Assembly: GCA_965223705.1 (NCBI GenBank) | Contig: OZ245015.1 | Span: 4,096,001 to 4,160,000, forward strand | Origin: Myxococcota bacterium | Lineage (GTDB): Bacteria > Myxococcota_A > UBA9160 > UBA6930 | Length of the DNA: 64,000 nucleotides | Reading direction: 5' to 3' | Part shown: positions 10,335 to 20,695 of the stretch, piece after piece | How positions within the stretch are numbered: the stretch's first letter is position 1 | How the letters are laid out: each line of letters starts with the position of its first letter | Notes under the pieces: model-generated | Database searches by the model: none | What the model was told of the DNA's origin: nothing | What the model saw: the letters and a program-made list of their open reading frames with translations, nothing else | Made by a program: the position numbers and the translations under genes

Positions 10335-11116
10335 GGCGCTGCGGCGCGAGCGACCGGTGCGAAAGAACGTCGATGAACGGCGGAGGGACCCCGCTTCGCG
10401 AGCGCCGCCAAGTGATCCGGAGTCGGATAGCCCTTGTGCCGGGCGAAGCCGTAGCCGGGGAAGCGGCGATCGAGCTCCGCCATTTCCGCATCGCGTGCCA
10501 CCTTCGCCACGATGGAAGCGGCGGCGATACTCACTTCGCGCGCATCACCCCGCACGAGAGACGTCTGAGGAATCCGAATGCCGGGGATTCGCCGCGCATC
10601 GACCAGCACATGCTCAGCGCGCGGGAGAAGCGATTCGACCGCGCGGCGCATGGCCAGCAGTCCGGCGTGGTAGATGTTGAGCCGATCGATCTCGGTCGGC
10701 TCCGCGCGACCGATCGCCCAGGCCGTCGCTTCCCCGCGGATTGCCGCGGCCAACTGCTCTCGCGTGTCGGCTGTGAGCTTTTTCGAGTCGTCGAGTTCCG
10801 GCAGGTCTTCGCCATCCGGAAGAATCACCGCGGCTGCGATCACCGGCCCCGCGAGCGGGCCCATGCCCGCTTCATCGACGCCTGCGATGTGAAGAACGCC
10901 GCGTCGACGCAGGGCTCGGCGAATCCGGCGCAACTCCTTTTGCCGTTCCGCCGCGCCCCGAATTCTCTCGAGCCGGCGTCGCGCCTGATCGGCCAGAGCG
11001 GTCGCGCCAGCGCGCGGATCGTCGCGAAGCCGAGCGATCCACGAAGTGAGCGAGCGCTCGTCGTGTGCGTCGCCGAGTTCCTTTCGCAGCACGGAGAGCG
11101 AGAGACGATCCGTCAC
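10331..11116 (-). CDS. rnhB: Ribonuclease HII with N-terminal extension
   Basis: AGVDEAG..PLAGPV, DSKK, IAAASIVAK, HKGY; GTG start overlapping the lpxD stop chosen. Confidence 0.93.
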   Translation of the reverse strand: MTDRLSLSVLRKELGDAHDERSLTSWIARLRDDPRAGATALADQARRRLERIRGAAERQKELRRIRRALRRRGVLHIAGVDEAGMGPLAGPVIAAAVILPDGEDLPELDDSKKLTADTREQLAAAIRGEATAWAIGRAEPTEIDRLNIYHAGLLAMRRAVESLLPRAEHVLVDARRIPGIRIPQTSLVRGDAREVSIAAASIVAKVARDAEMAELDRRFPGYGFARHKGYPTPDHLAALAKRGPSAVHRRSFAPVARAAAP

Positions 11117-12153
11117 GAATCCGCGTCTTCGCGGCCGGCGCGTCGCTCGAGTGCGCGCAGGCGTTTGAAGAGCTCGGGCAACCGTTCCGTCAGCTTCACA
11201 CTCCGGTGCCACTTGCTGCCGTCCATGGCGGGGGCCCCGAACATTCTCGCGCCGGCGGGCACGTCTTCCCGCACGCCGGCGCGACCGCCGATCACCGCGC
11301 GGTCACCGACGCTCAAGTGCCCGAGCACACCGGCCTGAGCCATGATGGCGACTCCGCGACCGGTCCGCGCGCCACCGGCGAGTCCGGCTTGTGAGATCAC
11401 GACGGTGTCGTCGCCGAGCTCGCAGTTGTGCGCGATCTGGACGAGGTTGTCGATCTTGCAACGATGTCCGATGCGCGTGGTTCCCAAACGCGCGCGGTCG
11501 ACGGTGGTATTCGCACCGATCTCCACGTCGTCACCGACCCACACCCCGCCGACTTGCGGCACTTTTTCGAGAAGCCCGCGTTCGTCGAACTCGTATCCGA
11601 AGCCGTCTCCCCCGAGCACCGAACCCGGATGAACGGTGACCCGATCTCCGAGGACGACGCCGTCTCGGACGACCACGCCGGCGTGGAGCTCGCAATCTTC
11701 GCCGATTCGCGCGCCGTCGTAGAGCGTGACGTTCGCGTGTAGCACGCTGCGCGCGCCGATCTCACAACCGGCGCCGACGACGCTTCCCGCCCCGACAGCG
11801 ACGTCTTTCCCCAACGCAGCGGTCGCGTCGACCGTGGCGGACCCGTGGATTCCCGAAGGTCGCGGAGGTGCGGGCGCGAGCATGCGCGCAGCACGGGAGA
11901 AATCGAGGCTCGGGTTCGGGGAGATGATTTCCGCAACGACGCCGAGGGTCACGCCCTCGGGAACGATCACGACGCAATCCGTAGGGGAGCCGGCTTCTTC
12001 CCAGTGTTTGCGTGTCCTGGCAAAGCACAAGTCCGACGGCCCGGCCGTGCGGAGCTCCGAGACACCGCGGATAGCGACGTCCCCGTCACCGCGGCATTCG
12101 CGATTTCCGAGACGAACGGCTAAGTCGGCCGCGCGAGTCGCCGTGGACACCAC
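11113..12153 (-). CDS. lpxD: UDP-3-O-acylglucosamine N-acyltransferase
   Basis: Hexapeptide repeats, GGDGFGY, KIDNLVQIAHN. Confidence 0.95.
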   Translation of the reverse strand: MVSTATRAADLAVRLGNRECRGDGDVAIRGVSELRTAGPSDLCFARTRKHWEEAGSPTDCVVIVPEGVTLGVVAEIISPNPSLDFSRAARMLAPAPPRPSGIHGSATVDATAALGKDVAVGAGSVVGAGCEIGARSVLHANVTLYDGARIGEDCELHAGVVVRDGVVLGDRVTVHPGSVLGGDGFGYEFDERGLLEKVPQVGGVWVGDDVEIGANTTVDRARLGTTRIGHRCKIDNLVQIAHNCELGDDTVVISQAGLAGGARTGRGVAIMAQAGVLGHLSVGDRAVIGGRAGVREDVPAGARMFGAPAMDGSKWHRSVKLTERLPELFKRLRALERRAGREDADS

Positions 12154-12974
12154 TAGCGGGCGAGCAGGACCGCAACGGGGGAGGTGCGCACAATCGATGC
12201 GGCGTTGCTCCCGATGAAGTACTCGCTGATCCGGTTGCGGCCGAACGCGCCAATCGCGATGAGCCCGGCGCCGGAAGAGCGCGCCGTGTCGACGATCTTG
12301 ACGTCGGGGCGACCGAGCGTCGACGACGCTTCCCGCACCTGCACATCGCTCGTCGACAACAGGCGACGCATCTCATCAAAACGGGCGGCGGCGCGACCCT
12401 TGTCTTTGGAATCGACGAAGACGTGGAGCACCTGGCCGAGCTTGCGGGCGAGATCGATTGCGATCTTCGCCGCGACGCGCGATCCGGGAGAACCGTCGAA
12501 CCCGAGCACGACACCGCCGCCAAACTCGGCACCGCGCGGGACGATGATGGACGGCTTCGTGGTTTTTCGAAGCACGCCGTCGACCGTGCTGCCGATGAGA
12601 CCCGAGCGCGACGACGCGCTCAGCCCATCGCGCCCGAGCACGATCAAATCCACGCCCTGGGCACGCTCCGCGATGCGGTCGTCCGCTACGCCGCGCAGCG
12701 TGTCCGTCGTGCAATCGACCCGCATCGATCGCGCGAGATCGGCCAGCCGGCGACACGCCGCTTCGGCCCGCGCTTTGAGAAACGCCTCAATGGGCTCGAG
12801 GGCCGGCTGCGCGACCCCGAGCGCATCCGCTCGAAGTGTCTGCGTCCAGCGCTCTTCGATCACTGTCACACCGACGACGCGCGCCTGGAGCTTGGCAGCC
12901 ATCGCAATGCCGTAGCGTTCCGCGGCCTGCGCCGCTTCGGAGCCGTCGGTCGCAATGAGGATCGATTCGGTCAT
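12153..12974 (-). CDS. Universal stress protein (tandem USP)
   Basis: ILIATDGS, DLIVLG..G, LIGS; second USP domain. Confidence 0.9.
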   Translation of the reverse strand: MTESILIATDGSEAAQAAERYGIAMAAKLQARVVGVTVIEERWTQTLRADALGVAQPALEPIEAFLKARAEAACRRLADLARSMRVDCTTDTLRGVADDRIAERAQGVDLIVLGRDGLSASSRSGLIGSTVDGVLRKTTKPSIIVPRGAEFGGGVVLGFDGSPGSRVAAKIAIDLARKLGQVLHVFVDSKDKGRAAARFDEMRRLLSTSDVQVREASSTLGRPDVKIVDTARSSGAGLIAIGAFGRNRISEYFIGSNAASIVRTSPVAVLLAR

Positions 12975-13029
12975 ACGAGTCTCCGCGGGCCGGAACGCAT
13001 CGAACGCCCCCTCCGCTCTGTGCAGCCAC

Positions 13030-14562
13030 TCACGAGAAGAGCCTGCCTATCGGTGTGCCCCAGATCGCGCGGGCTATGCGCTTCAGGGTCTCGCGCTTGC
13101 GCGCCGTGTACGGGAACCACAGGTATTCGCGCTTCAGGCCGAAGCGGTCGATCGCAATCGCTTGGGGATGCGCGAACGCGCGCCAGCCCGCTTCGCCCGA
13201 GACCACGCCCACGCCACTGTTTCGACGCCCGCCGAAGGGCGCTTCGGGCATCGCGACGTTGATGAAACAATCGTTGACGACGGCTGAGCCGCTCTGGAGA
13301 CGCTTCGCGAGCTCGATTCCCTTGCGCTTGTCGCGTGTCCAGACGCTTCCGGAAAGCCCGAGCTCCGAATCGTTGGCGAGACGGACGGCCTCGTCTTCGT
13401 CGCGTACACGCATGATCGGAAGGACCGGCCCGAAGGTTTCTTCGCGCATAACGTCCATTCCGTGGTGGACGTCCCCGAGCACGGTGGGCTCGTAGAACTG
13501 CGGCCCGCAGCTGGGATTCTTCCTCCCGCCGGCGAGGACCCTCGCACCCTTCGCCACCGCGTCTTCCACGTGTCGCTCGACGACGGCGAGTTGGCTCGGG
13601 AGCGTCATCGGACCGACGTCGACTTCTCCGGTTTCGCCCTGACGCAGTTCCGCGACGCGCTCGAGGACCTTGCGCGAAAACGCGTCCGCGACCTCATCCA
13701 CCACGTAGACACGCTCGCTCGAAAGACACACTTGCCCGGCGTTCGCGAAGGCGCTGTAGACCGCTCCCGAGGCCGCGCGATCGAGATCCGCGTCGGCGCA
13801 GACAATCATGGGATCGTTGCCGCCGAGTTCGAGGATAAAGGGGCGTAGCCGCTGGCCGCAGGCGTGAGCGACGCGTCGCCCCGTCGCGGCGCTGCCGGTG
13901 AAGCAGACGAGATCGAGGTCCGCCTCGACGAGCGCGGCGCCTGTCTCGCCGTCTCCCGTCACGCACTGCAACAACCCCTCCGGAAGATCGGCGGCCTGGA
14001 ACAACTCCGACACGAGCAGGCCCGACTGCGTCGTCCATTCCGAGGGTTTCAGGACGACGGCGTTGCCCGCGACGAGCGCCTGGACGGTCGCTGCGAGGCT
14101 CAGGTAGAAGGGGAAATTCCAAGGACTGATGACGCCGACGACGCCGCGCGGTCGGTAAGACACAAGCAGGCGCTTGGTCTTCAGCAGGTGCGGTGCGATT
14201 TTCTCGTCGGCGAGAATCCGCGGCGCTCGTTTCGCTCCGAAGCGGAGCAGGTCGAGCGACGGGACGACTTCCATCGCGAGCGCCTCAACTAGGGGTTTTC
14301 CCGTCTCGCGATGGACGACCTCGGCGAATTCCTCTTGAAGATCCAGCAGCAAACGATTTGCACGGGCGAGCACACGCGCGCGATTTTCGACGGGCAGCGC
14401 TCCCCACGCGGTCTGCGCCGCCCGCGCCCGTTCAACACAAGCCGCGACGCGGGTCGCGTCGTGGACTTCGACGTCGGCGAGCGCGTCTCCGGTTACGGGA
14501 TTCGTCGGACGCACGATGCGCGCCGCGTTAGGTCTGAACTCGATGGGTTCGAGATGTGCCAC
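13030..14562 (-). CDS. Aldehyde dehydrogenase family protein
   Basis: SPWNFP, FTGS, ELGG, catalytic GQVC, EETFGP. Confidence 0.93.
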   Translation of the reverse strand: MAHLEPIEFRPNAARIVRPTNPVTGDALADVEVHDATRVAACVERARAAQTAWGALPVENRARVLARANRLLLDLQEEFAEVVHRETGKPLVEALAMEVVPSLDLLRFGAKRAPRILADEKIAPHLLKTKRLLVSYRPRGVVGVISPWNFPFYLSLAATVQALVAGNAVVLKPSEWTTQSGLLVSELFQAADLPEGLLQCVTGDGETGAALVEADLDLVCFTGSAATGRRVAHACGQRLRPFILELGGNDPMIVCADADLDRAASGAVYSAFANAGQVCLSSERVYVVDEVADAFSRKVLERVAELRQGETGEVDVGPMTLPSQLAVVERHVEDAVAKGARVLAGGRKNPSCGPQFYEPTVLGDVHHGMDVMREETFGPVLPIMRVRDEDEAVRLANDSELGLSGSVWTRDKRKGIELAKRLQSGSAVVNDCFINVAMPEAPFGGRRNSGVGVVSGEAGWRAFAHPQAIAIDRFGLKREYLWFPYTARKRETLKRIARAIWGTPIGRLFS

Positions 14563-14654
14563 GCGGTTGGACTCCCCTCAGGAATGGAGAGTAAGAGAGC
14601 CCCGCGGGAAATGTCAATCGCGAGAACCGGAAAGTTGGGCTCGGGGGCCGGCGG

Positions 14655-15089
14655 CTAGGGCCGGGGCTCGAGGCCGGCCACGAACCGCAGGAGATCGGTC
14701 TCGGTCAGCATGCCCTCGAGCTGCTCTCCCTTGACGACCGGGAGGCAGCCGATTTTGCGCTCGGCCATGGTCTTCGCGGCCTGATCCACCGTCGCTTCCG
14801 GCGACACGACGATCGGCGGCGAGGACATCACCGCCTCGATCGACACGATGTGGAGGAACGCCCGCCTCTCTTCGGTGCGGTGGCTCGAGAGGTTGGACAG
14901 CGAGGCCCGCAGGAGATCCCGCTCGGATACGACCCCGACCAGCCGGCCGCCGTGGACCACCGGCATGTGGCGGAGGTGGCCCAAGGTCATGATGTCGTCG
15001 ACAGTGGACAAGCGCTCGCCGGCGGAAATGGTAACCACCGATCGATGGCAGATCTCGGAGACCAGGGTGTCCTCGGGGCGTTTCCTCAC
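14655..15089 (-). CDS. CBS-pair protein
   Basis: RHMPVV..GRLVGVVSERD and IGCLPVV...GMLTETD. Confidence 0.88.
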   Translation of the reverse strand: MRKRPEDTLVSEICHRSVVTISAGERLSTVDDIMTLGHLRHMPVVHGGRLVGVVSERDLLRASLSNLSSHRTEERRAFLHIVSIEAVMSSPPIVVSPEATVDQAAKTMAERKIGCLPVVKGEQLEGMLTETDLLRFVAGLEPRP

Positions 15090-15165
15090 AGTTCATCTAT
15101 GCCTGGCGGGCGGGCTTTCGACAAGAATAAAGATACGACGCAGCGAAGCACGCTAGGTTCCCGCC

Positions 15166-16137
15166 ATGCTTCTCGGGATCGCGCTCACGGGTCAGGCGGG
15201 GGCGTCCGACTGGCGACGAGCCCTCCGGACGGTCGAGGTGGCCGAACGCCTCTCCTACCACTCCGTCTGGCTCCCCGAGGGCCACTTTCGCGAAGGCGCC
15301 ACATCCTCTCCGTTGGCCGGCCTGGCGGCCTTCTCCGCGCGCACCGAGCGCATCCGTCTGGCGACGACTTCGATCCTCTTGCCGATCCACCACCCCCTTC
15401 GGGTCGCCGCGGAAGTGGCGACCCTCGACACGCTTTCCGGTGGACGCGTGATCTTGGGCTTAGGGCGTGGCTTTCAGACCCCGATCTTTGAGGGGTTCGG
15501 GGTCGCTCAGAAGAGTAAACGCGATCGGTTCGACGAGGCGCTCGACGCGATCTTGGCCAGTTGGTCCGGAGAACCGTTCCAACTCGACGGAACCTTCTAC
15601 GCGAGTCTCGAAGGCAAGCCCGTCCGGGTGGCGCTTCGCCCGCTGCAGCGGCCGCATCCGCCGCTGGTCGTCGCGGCCTTTGGGCCCAAAGGGCTCCGGC
15701 AGGCCGCGTCGCGTTGCCTCCCTTACTTGGCCTCCCCTCTCGAGACCCTTCCGGTGTTGGAAGAGAATTTCCACGTGTGGCAAGACCATCTGCCTGGACC
15801 GCTGCCCGAAGGAAGTCTGCGGGCGCCGGTGATGCGGACGATTTTCGTGTCGAAGGACGCCGACCGCTGTCGCCGGGTCCGAGAAGCGCTCGAAAAGGAC
15901 GCTCTGCGCCCGAAGGCGAAGGCACCGGCCGCTCTCGCGCGCGCTGCCGAAGGGGATATGGACGAGCGCACCATCGTCGGTGACGTGCGCCAGACCGCCG
16001 ACGCGATCGCCCTCTACCGAGAGCGGTTGGGAATGGATCTCTTGGTCGTGCGGGCCCATCCGCCGACGGCGAGTCAGGAGGAATGCGAAGAATCGCTCGC
16101 TCTACTCGCCGAGGAAGTCATCCCCGCTTCGCTCTAG
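15166..16137 (+). CDS. LLM-class flavin-dependent oxidoreductase
   Basis: VWLPEGHF, TERIRL, PLRVAAEVATLD.LSGGR. Confidence 0.9.
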   Translation: MLLGIALTGQAGASDWRRALRTVEVAERLSYHSVWLPEGHFREGATSSPLAGLAAFSARTERIRLATTSILLPIHHPLRVAAEVATLDTLSGGRVILGLGRGFQTPIFEGFGVAQKSKRDRFDEALDAILASWSGEPFQLDGTFYASLEGKPVRVALRPLQRPHPPLVVAAFGPKGLRQAASRCLPYLASPLETLPVLEENFHVWQDHLPGPLPEGSLRAPVMRTIFVSKDADRCRRVREALEKDALRPKAKAPAALARAAEGDMDERTIVGDVRQTADAIALYRERLGMDLLVVRAHPPTASQEECEESLALLAEEVIPASL

Positions 16138-16322
16138 ACGACTCCGGGATCGGACAACCGCGTGAAAGTCAGAAACGCCATGGCGGGTCGCTTCGAGGAA
16201 TCGCGCATGGCGAACTGCATGCTGTCGAACTTCCAACCGTCCGTGGTCCACTCGTTGAGCGTTCGCTCGATCTCTTCGTCCGTGACGTGGGTCAGCTCGA
16301 CGACCTTGTACAGGGTTTCCAA
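16134..16322 (-). CDS. DUF4177-like small protein
   Basis: YKVVEL..VTDEEIE..LNEW...GW pattern. Confidence 0.7.
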   Translation of the reverse strand: METLYKVVELTHVTDEEIERTLNEWTTDGWKFDSMQFAMRDSSKRPAMAFLTFTRLSDPGVV

Positions 16323-16346
16323 CAGGCGCCCTCCCGCGGCGACGTG

Positions 16347-17090
16347 TCAGGCGCCGAAATACGACTCCAGCGCGCCGATGAGCGAACGAATGTGCGGTCG
16401 CTCTGGAACGATATCGGCCGACCCGCCCCATTTCCGAAGGGCTTCCGTCGTGGCATGGCCGAGCGCGGCGTTGGGCCCGCGCCGCGCCAGGGGATGGACC
16501 GTGGCGGGCAGGGCATCAAACCAAGCGTCGACCGCACTCGGGCTCGCGAAGAGAAACGCGTCGAGGGCGTCCGAGGTGAGGAGATTCGCGAGTTCGTCAC
16601 CGTCGACGTCTTCGCGCGCTGTTCGGTAGAGATGGACGCGGCGGACTTCGACGCCGACCGCGGCGAGACCCTGCTCGAACGTGTCGCTCGCCCCTTCGGC
16701 ACAGGGGAAGAGCACCGCTGCGCCTCGGGGCGACTCCGCCGCGAGAGCCGACGCGAGGCCCTGCGCGCTCTCATCTTCGGGCTTCAGCCGAACGGCGTAT
16801 CCCGCCTCTTCGGCGGCGGCCGCCGTGCGCGAGCCGACGCACGCCACATCCCTTCGAAGCGCGCCGCCGTAAGCCTCGCGAAACCGGCGAACGGCTTCCG
16901 CACTCGTGAACGCGACCCACGAGGACGCGTCGACCTCGTTCGCGAGGTTCGGCGGATCGAGGGGCTCGCTCCGCAAGAGCGGCCGGAGGACAGGCACCGC
17001 GCCGATATCGCGAAACGCCTCACACCAAGGCGTCGCGCGCACGGCGGGCCGCGTGATCAGGAACCGGCGACCTGCGAGAGGGCTTTTCAT
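16347..17090 (-). CDS. hemD: Uroporphyrinogen-III synthase
   Basis: LITRP, FTSAEAV, VGSRTA, FASPSAV; ATGA-coupled to hemC. Confidence 0.88.
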   Translation of the reverse strand: MKSPLAGRRFLITRPAVRATPWCEAFRDIGAVPVLRPLLRSEPLDPPNLANEVDASSWVAFTSAEAVRRFREAYGGALRRDVACVGSRTAAAAEEAGYAVRLKPEDESAQGLASALAAESPRGAAVLFPCAEGASDTFEQGLAAVGVEVRRVHLYRTAREDVDGDELANLLTSDALDAFLFASPSAVDAWFDALPATVHPLARRGPNAALGHATTEALRKWGGSADIVPERPHIRSLIGALESYFGA

Positions 17091-18010
17091 GTCGATGACG
17101 CCCGCAAGGCGGCGAGTACCTCGGATCCGCCCGCGTTGCGAATCTCGTCCGCGGCGCGAACACCGGCCTGTTCCGCATCGCGTGCCGGCGCGGTCGCCTG
17201 TGCGCGAAGGAGCGATCCGTTCCGCGGGTCGCCGAGCAGCGCGCGCAGGTAGATGCTCTCGCCTCGTCGCTCCGCGTAGCCCGCGAGCGGTGCGTGACAA
17301 TCGCCGCCCATTCGAGCGAGAAAAGCGCGCTCGGCGAGGACGCGGCAGCGGCTCTCCTCGTCGTCGACGCCTGCAACCAACTCGCGGGCGGGTCCGCGAT
17401 CGCGTGTCTCGATCGCCAAGCACCCCTGACCGACCGAGGGCAGCAGCACCGAGACCGGCAACCGCTCGCTGATGTGATCCCCGAACCCCAGACGGTCGAG
17501 CCCTGCGCAGGCGAGGACGACGGCGTCGAGCCCTTCTTCGCGGAGCTTCCGCAAACGCGTGTCGACATTGCCGCGAAGCGGCCGGATCTCGAGATCGGGT
17601 CGCGCGGCTCGTAGCTGGCACGCTCGCCGCTCCGATCCGGTGCCGACTCGAGCTCCTTCGCGAAGCTCGGAAAGCGACGACCCGTCCGCCGAAACGAGCG
17701 CGTCCCGCGCGTCGGCGCGCGCCGGAAACGCCGACAACGACAGGCCGGGAGGGAGTTCACCGGGCAGATCCTTCGCGCTGTGCACCGCTAAATCCGCCCG
17801 CCCCTCGAGCAACGCCTCTTCGATCTCCTTGACGAACAAGCCCTTGCCGCCGACTTCGCTGAGAGGGCGATCGACGAACTGATCGCCTGAGGTGGTGACG
17901 ATGACCAATTCGGAAGGGGCTCCGAATTCTTCGCGCAGGCGCGACGCGACGTGCTCCGCCTGCCAGCGCGCCAACGCGCTGCCACGCGTCGCGATGCGGA
18001 GCGCGTTCAC
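17087..18010 (-). CDS. hemC: Hydroxymethylbilane synthase
   Basis: IATRGS.LA, GKGLFVKE, VHSAKD, RGNVDTR, GGDC. Confidence 0.97.
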   Translation of the reverse strand: MNALRIATRGSALARWQAEHVASRLREEFGAPSELVIVTTSGDQFVDRPLSEVGGKGLFVKEIEEALLEGRADLAVHSAKDLPGELPPGLSLSAFPARADARDALVSADGSSLSELREGARVGTGSERRACQLRAARPDLEIRPLRGNVDTRLRKLREEGLDAVVLACAGLDRLGFGDHISERLPVSVLLPSVGQGCLAIETRDRGPARELVAGVDDEESRCRVLAERAFLARMGGDCHAPLAGYAERRGESIYLRALLGDPRNGSLLRAQATAPARDAEQAGVRAADEIRNAGGSEVLAALRASST

Positions 18011-18023
18011 CGAACACCTCGGA

Positions 18024-19307
18024 TCATTCGGGTTCGTCTTCGCCGCCGGGTGCCTCGTCGAGAGCGAACAAATGACGCGCCGCCAGAAGCGTTTCCTCGG
18101 CGTCCTCGCCGCCGGCGCGCATCCGGGAGAGCGGCGCGTGCAGGAGTTTGTTCACCAGCGCCCGAGTGAGCGCCTCCACGTGCTCCTGCTGCTCCGGTGT
18201 GGCGGCGAGCTTCCTGGCGTAGCGCTCGAGTTCGGCGAGTCGCACCGCCTCTGCGCGTGCGCGCAGCTCCTGGATGGCGGGGACCGACGCTTTTGCCGCG
18301 AGCCAGTCCTGGAAACGCACGACTTCTTCGCCCACGATCTGCTCGGCCCGCTGAGACTCGCCGCGGCGATCCCGCGCGTTTCGCTCGGCCACCGCGCCGA
18401 GGTCGTCGATGTCGTAGCGAAAGACGTTGGGGAGCTCGTCGACTTCCGGCGCCACGTTGCGCGGCACGCCGATGTCGACCACAAAGAGCGGCCGGCCGCG
18501 CCGAGTGGATAGCGCTCGCGCGACCTCGTCCCGGCGAAAAAGGGGTTCGCGACCCGCAATCGACGTCAACACGACATCGGAACGGACCAACAAGTCGGGG
18601 AGCTCTTCGAGCCCGTGAGCCGACGCGTCGAAGCGACTCGCCAACCTCGCCGCTCGCGCCGGCGTGCGGTTCGCGACCCGTATTTGAGAGAGCCCCGCGC
18701 CGCGCAGCGCTTCGAGTGCGAGCTCGGTCATGTCCCCGGCGCCGACGAGTAGCGCGGCCTTGTCTTCGAGCCGCTCGAACACGCCGAGGGCCAGCTCGAC
18801 GGCGACGCGCGCGACCGAGACCGGGCGCTCCGCGATGCGCGTTTCGTTGCGCACCCGCTTCGCGGCGCCAAACGCCATCTGATAGAGCCGTGACAAGACC
18901 GGTCCGCACGCGGACGCTTCCGCCGCTTGTCGGTACGCGTCTTTCACTTGTCCGAGGATTTGTGGCTCGCCGACCACCATCGAATCGATCGACGCAGCCA
19001 CACGCAGCACGTGGCGCGCCGCTTCTTCGCCCTCGTAACGATAGAGCGCCGCGTCGAGCTCTTTCGCGTCGACGTCTTGCGAGAGTTCGCGACCGAAGAA
19101 ACCCGCGATCCGAAGGGCGGCGGCTTCGCGGGAAGATCCCACCGCACACAACTCGACTCGGTTACAGGTCGAGAGGAGCACGGCTTCGTCGATGTCGCCG
19201 CCGCGTCGCAGCTTGTCGAGAAGAGGCCGCGGGTCGTCCACCGCGAATTGTTCGCGCAGCGCGAGCGACGCCGTACGGTGGCTCATACCGACGAGAAACA
19301 GATTCAC
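18024..19307 (-). CDS. hemA: Glutamyl-tRNA reductase
   Basis: STCNRVE, SMVVGEPQILGQ, GAGDM, DIGVPRN; start trimmed to the GTG overlapping the upstream stop. Confidence 0.96.
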   Translation of the reverse strand: MNLFLVGMSHRTASLALREQFAVDDPRPLLDKLRRGGDIDEAVLLSTCNRVELCAVGSSREAAALRIAGFFGRELSQDVDAKELDAALYRYEGEEAARHVLRVAASIDSMVVGEPQILGQVKDAYRQAAEASACGPVLSRLYQMAFGAAKRVRNETRIAERPVSVARVAVELALGVFERLEDKAALLVGAGDMTELALEALRGAGLSQIRVANRTPARAARLASRFDASAHGLEELPDLLVRSDVVLTSIAGREPLFRRDEVARALSTRRGRPLFVVDIGVPRNVAPEVDELPNVFRYDIDDLGAVAERNARDRRGESQRAEQIVGEEVVRFQDWLAAKASVPAIQELRARAEAVRLAELERYARKLAATPEQQEHVEALTRALVNKLLHAPLSRMRAGGEDAEETLLAARHLFALDEAPGGEDEPE

Positions 19308-20092
19308 GACAGCACCCCGGCGCCGGCCCAGGCGAGCAGGAGCAGAGCGAAGCCTGTGATCGCTCCGGCTGCGGCGGGTCGTGGTCCTTGACCGACGCCG
19401 AAGCGACTGAAGACCAACACCAGGTAGATGCCCCAAGCGACGAGTGTGGCCGACGCGTGCAGGCTCTGCGGATAAAAGCTGCCCGAGCGCGCCGAGGTCC
19501 AGAAGAAACCGGTGACCACACCGAGCGACAACAAGAGAAACCCGACGGCCAACGAGATGACATTGATGCGATCCAGCGACTCGAGGGAGGGGAGCACGCT
19601 GCCGGCGACGTCGCGCTTCTGCTTGAGTCGGCGATACCGAAGGATGTAGATCAGCCCGGCTCCGCCCGCGACGCCGAGAAGGGCCATGCCCGAAGCGGAG
19701 AGCAGCACGTGGAGGTGGGACCAACCGGCGTGCGGCGTGCCGGGGTCCGGCGTGAGCCCCGGCAATTGCCCCACCAACAGGGCTACCGACAAGAACGCGA
19801 GCGGTGCAACCAGCACGGCGAACCCCGCCCTGCGCCCGCGGGACAAGAACGCGCAGAAGAACAACACGGCCACCCACGCGACGAGTGACGGAACCACCAC
19901 GGGGTCGGCCAGAGAAGGTTTCGGCTCGCGCAGATGCAACGAGTAGAACGCAGCCGCGTGGAAGACGGCGCCCAACGCGAGGAGCCAAGCCGCGACGCGG
20001 GTTTGACGAGACGAGCCTTGGGCGACGCCCAGCGTTCCGGCGACCGCTGCGGCAAAGTACGCGAGCGCGGTGAGTCCGTAAATGTCGAGCAT
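19304..20092 (-). CDS. CcsA/HemX-like cytochrome c assembly membrane protein
   Basis: About 8 TM segments, HVLL, LPSLESLD motif; upstream of hemA. Confidence 0.8.
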   Translation of the reverse strand: MLDIYGLTALAYFAAAVAGTLGVAQGSSRQTRVAAWLLALGAVFHAAAFYSLHLREPKPSLADPVVVPSLVAWVAVLFFCAFLSRGRRAGFAVLVAPLAFLSVALLVGQLPGLTPDPGTPHAGWSHLHVLLSASGMALLGVAGGAGLIYILRYRRLKQKRDVAGSVLPSLESLDRINVISLAVGFLLLSLGVVTGFFWTSARSGSFYPQSLHASATLVAWGIYLVLVFSRFGVGQGPRPAAAGAITGFALLLLAWAGAGVLS

Positions 20093-20096
20093 GGCG

Positions 20097-20660
20097 CTAC
20101 GACGCCCCACCGCCGGGCTTCTGACGCGCCTGCAGTTGTGCCATTTGGGCCGCTACCTTCGCTGCGTCGTTCACCATCTCGAAGACCCGAAACGCCGGTT
20201 CACCCATCAGCACGAAGCGAATTTCGCGCACGGAAGTCTCGCCTGCCAAATGCTGACGCGCTTCGTCGAGGAGCACCTCGGCGCTCTGCTGTAGCGTGAG
20301 CCCGCCTACGCCCGCGCCGATCGCCGGCACGGCCACCGTTTCGAGGCGTTCCGAGTTCGCCAGCAGAAGGCTCGCGCGCAATGAAGCGCGAACGCTCTCT
20401 TCCGTGGCACCGCCACCGGGCTCCATGCCCGCCGCGTGGATACAGCGGCGAGCCGGCAAGTCTCCCGCTCCCGTAATCGCCGCGCCTCCGAGCGGGACGG
20501 GGCCGTGGGCATCGCATTCTTCCTGGATCGCGGGCCCGCCCTTGCTCCGAATCGCCCCGGCCACCCCGCTGCCGAGCTGCAAGGCTGTATTCGCTGCGTT
20601 CACGATGGCGTCGACGCTTTCGTCGGTGATGTCGCCCTCTCGAAGAGTGACCCCCGTCAC
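20097..20660 (-). CDS. Macro domain protein (ADP-ribose binding/hydrolase)
   Basis: GDIT, AIVNAAN..L..GSGVAGAI, PAIGAGVGG. Confidence 0.92.
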   Translation of the reverse strand: MTGVTLREGDITDESVDAIVNAANTALQLGSGVAGAIRSKGGPAIQEECDAHGPVPLGGAAITGAGDLPARRCIHAAGMEPGGGATEESVRASLRASLLLANSERLETVAVPAIGAGVGGLTLQQSAEVLLDEARQHLAGETSVREIRFVLMGEPAFRVFEMVNDAAKVAAQMAQLQARQKPGGGAS

Positions 20661-20695
20661 GACGTGTCGCCCTCTCGGAGGGTGACCCTCGTCAC
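20630..20695. repeat. Imperfect 31-nt tandem duplication (period 35) of the macro-gene 5' end
   Basis: 20630-20660 vs 20665-20695, 3 mismatches. Confidence 0.85.

Noticed and set aside
18024..19988. Long N-terminal extensions of the hemA, hemD, anti-sigma and NrtS ORFs suggesting fusions
   Set aside because: They overlap upstream genes in another frame; coupled starts (ATGA/GTGA) explain the true boundaries
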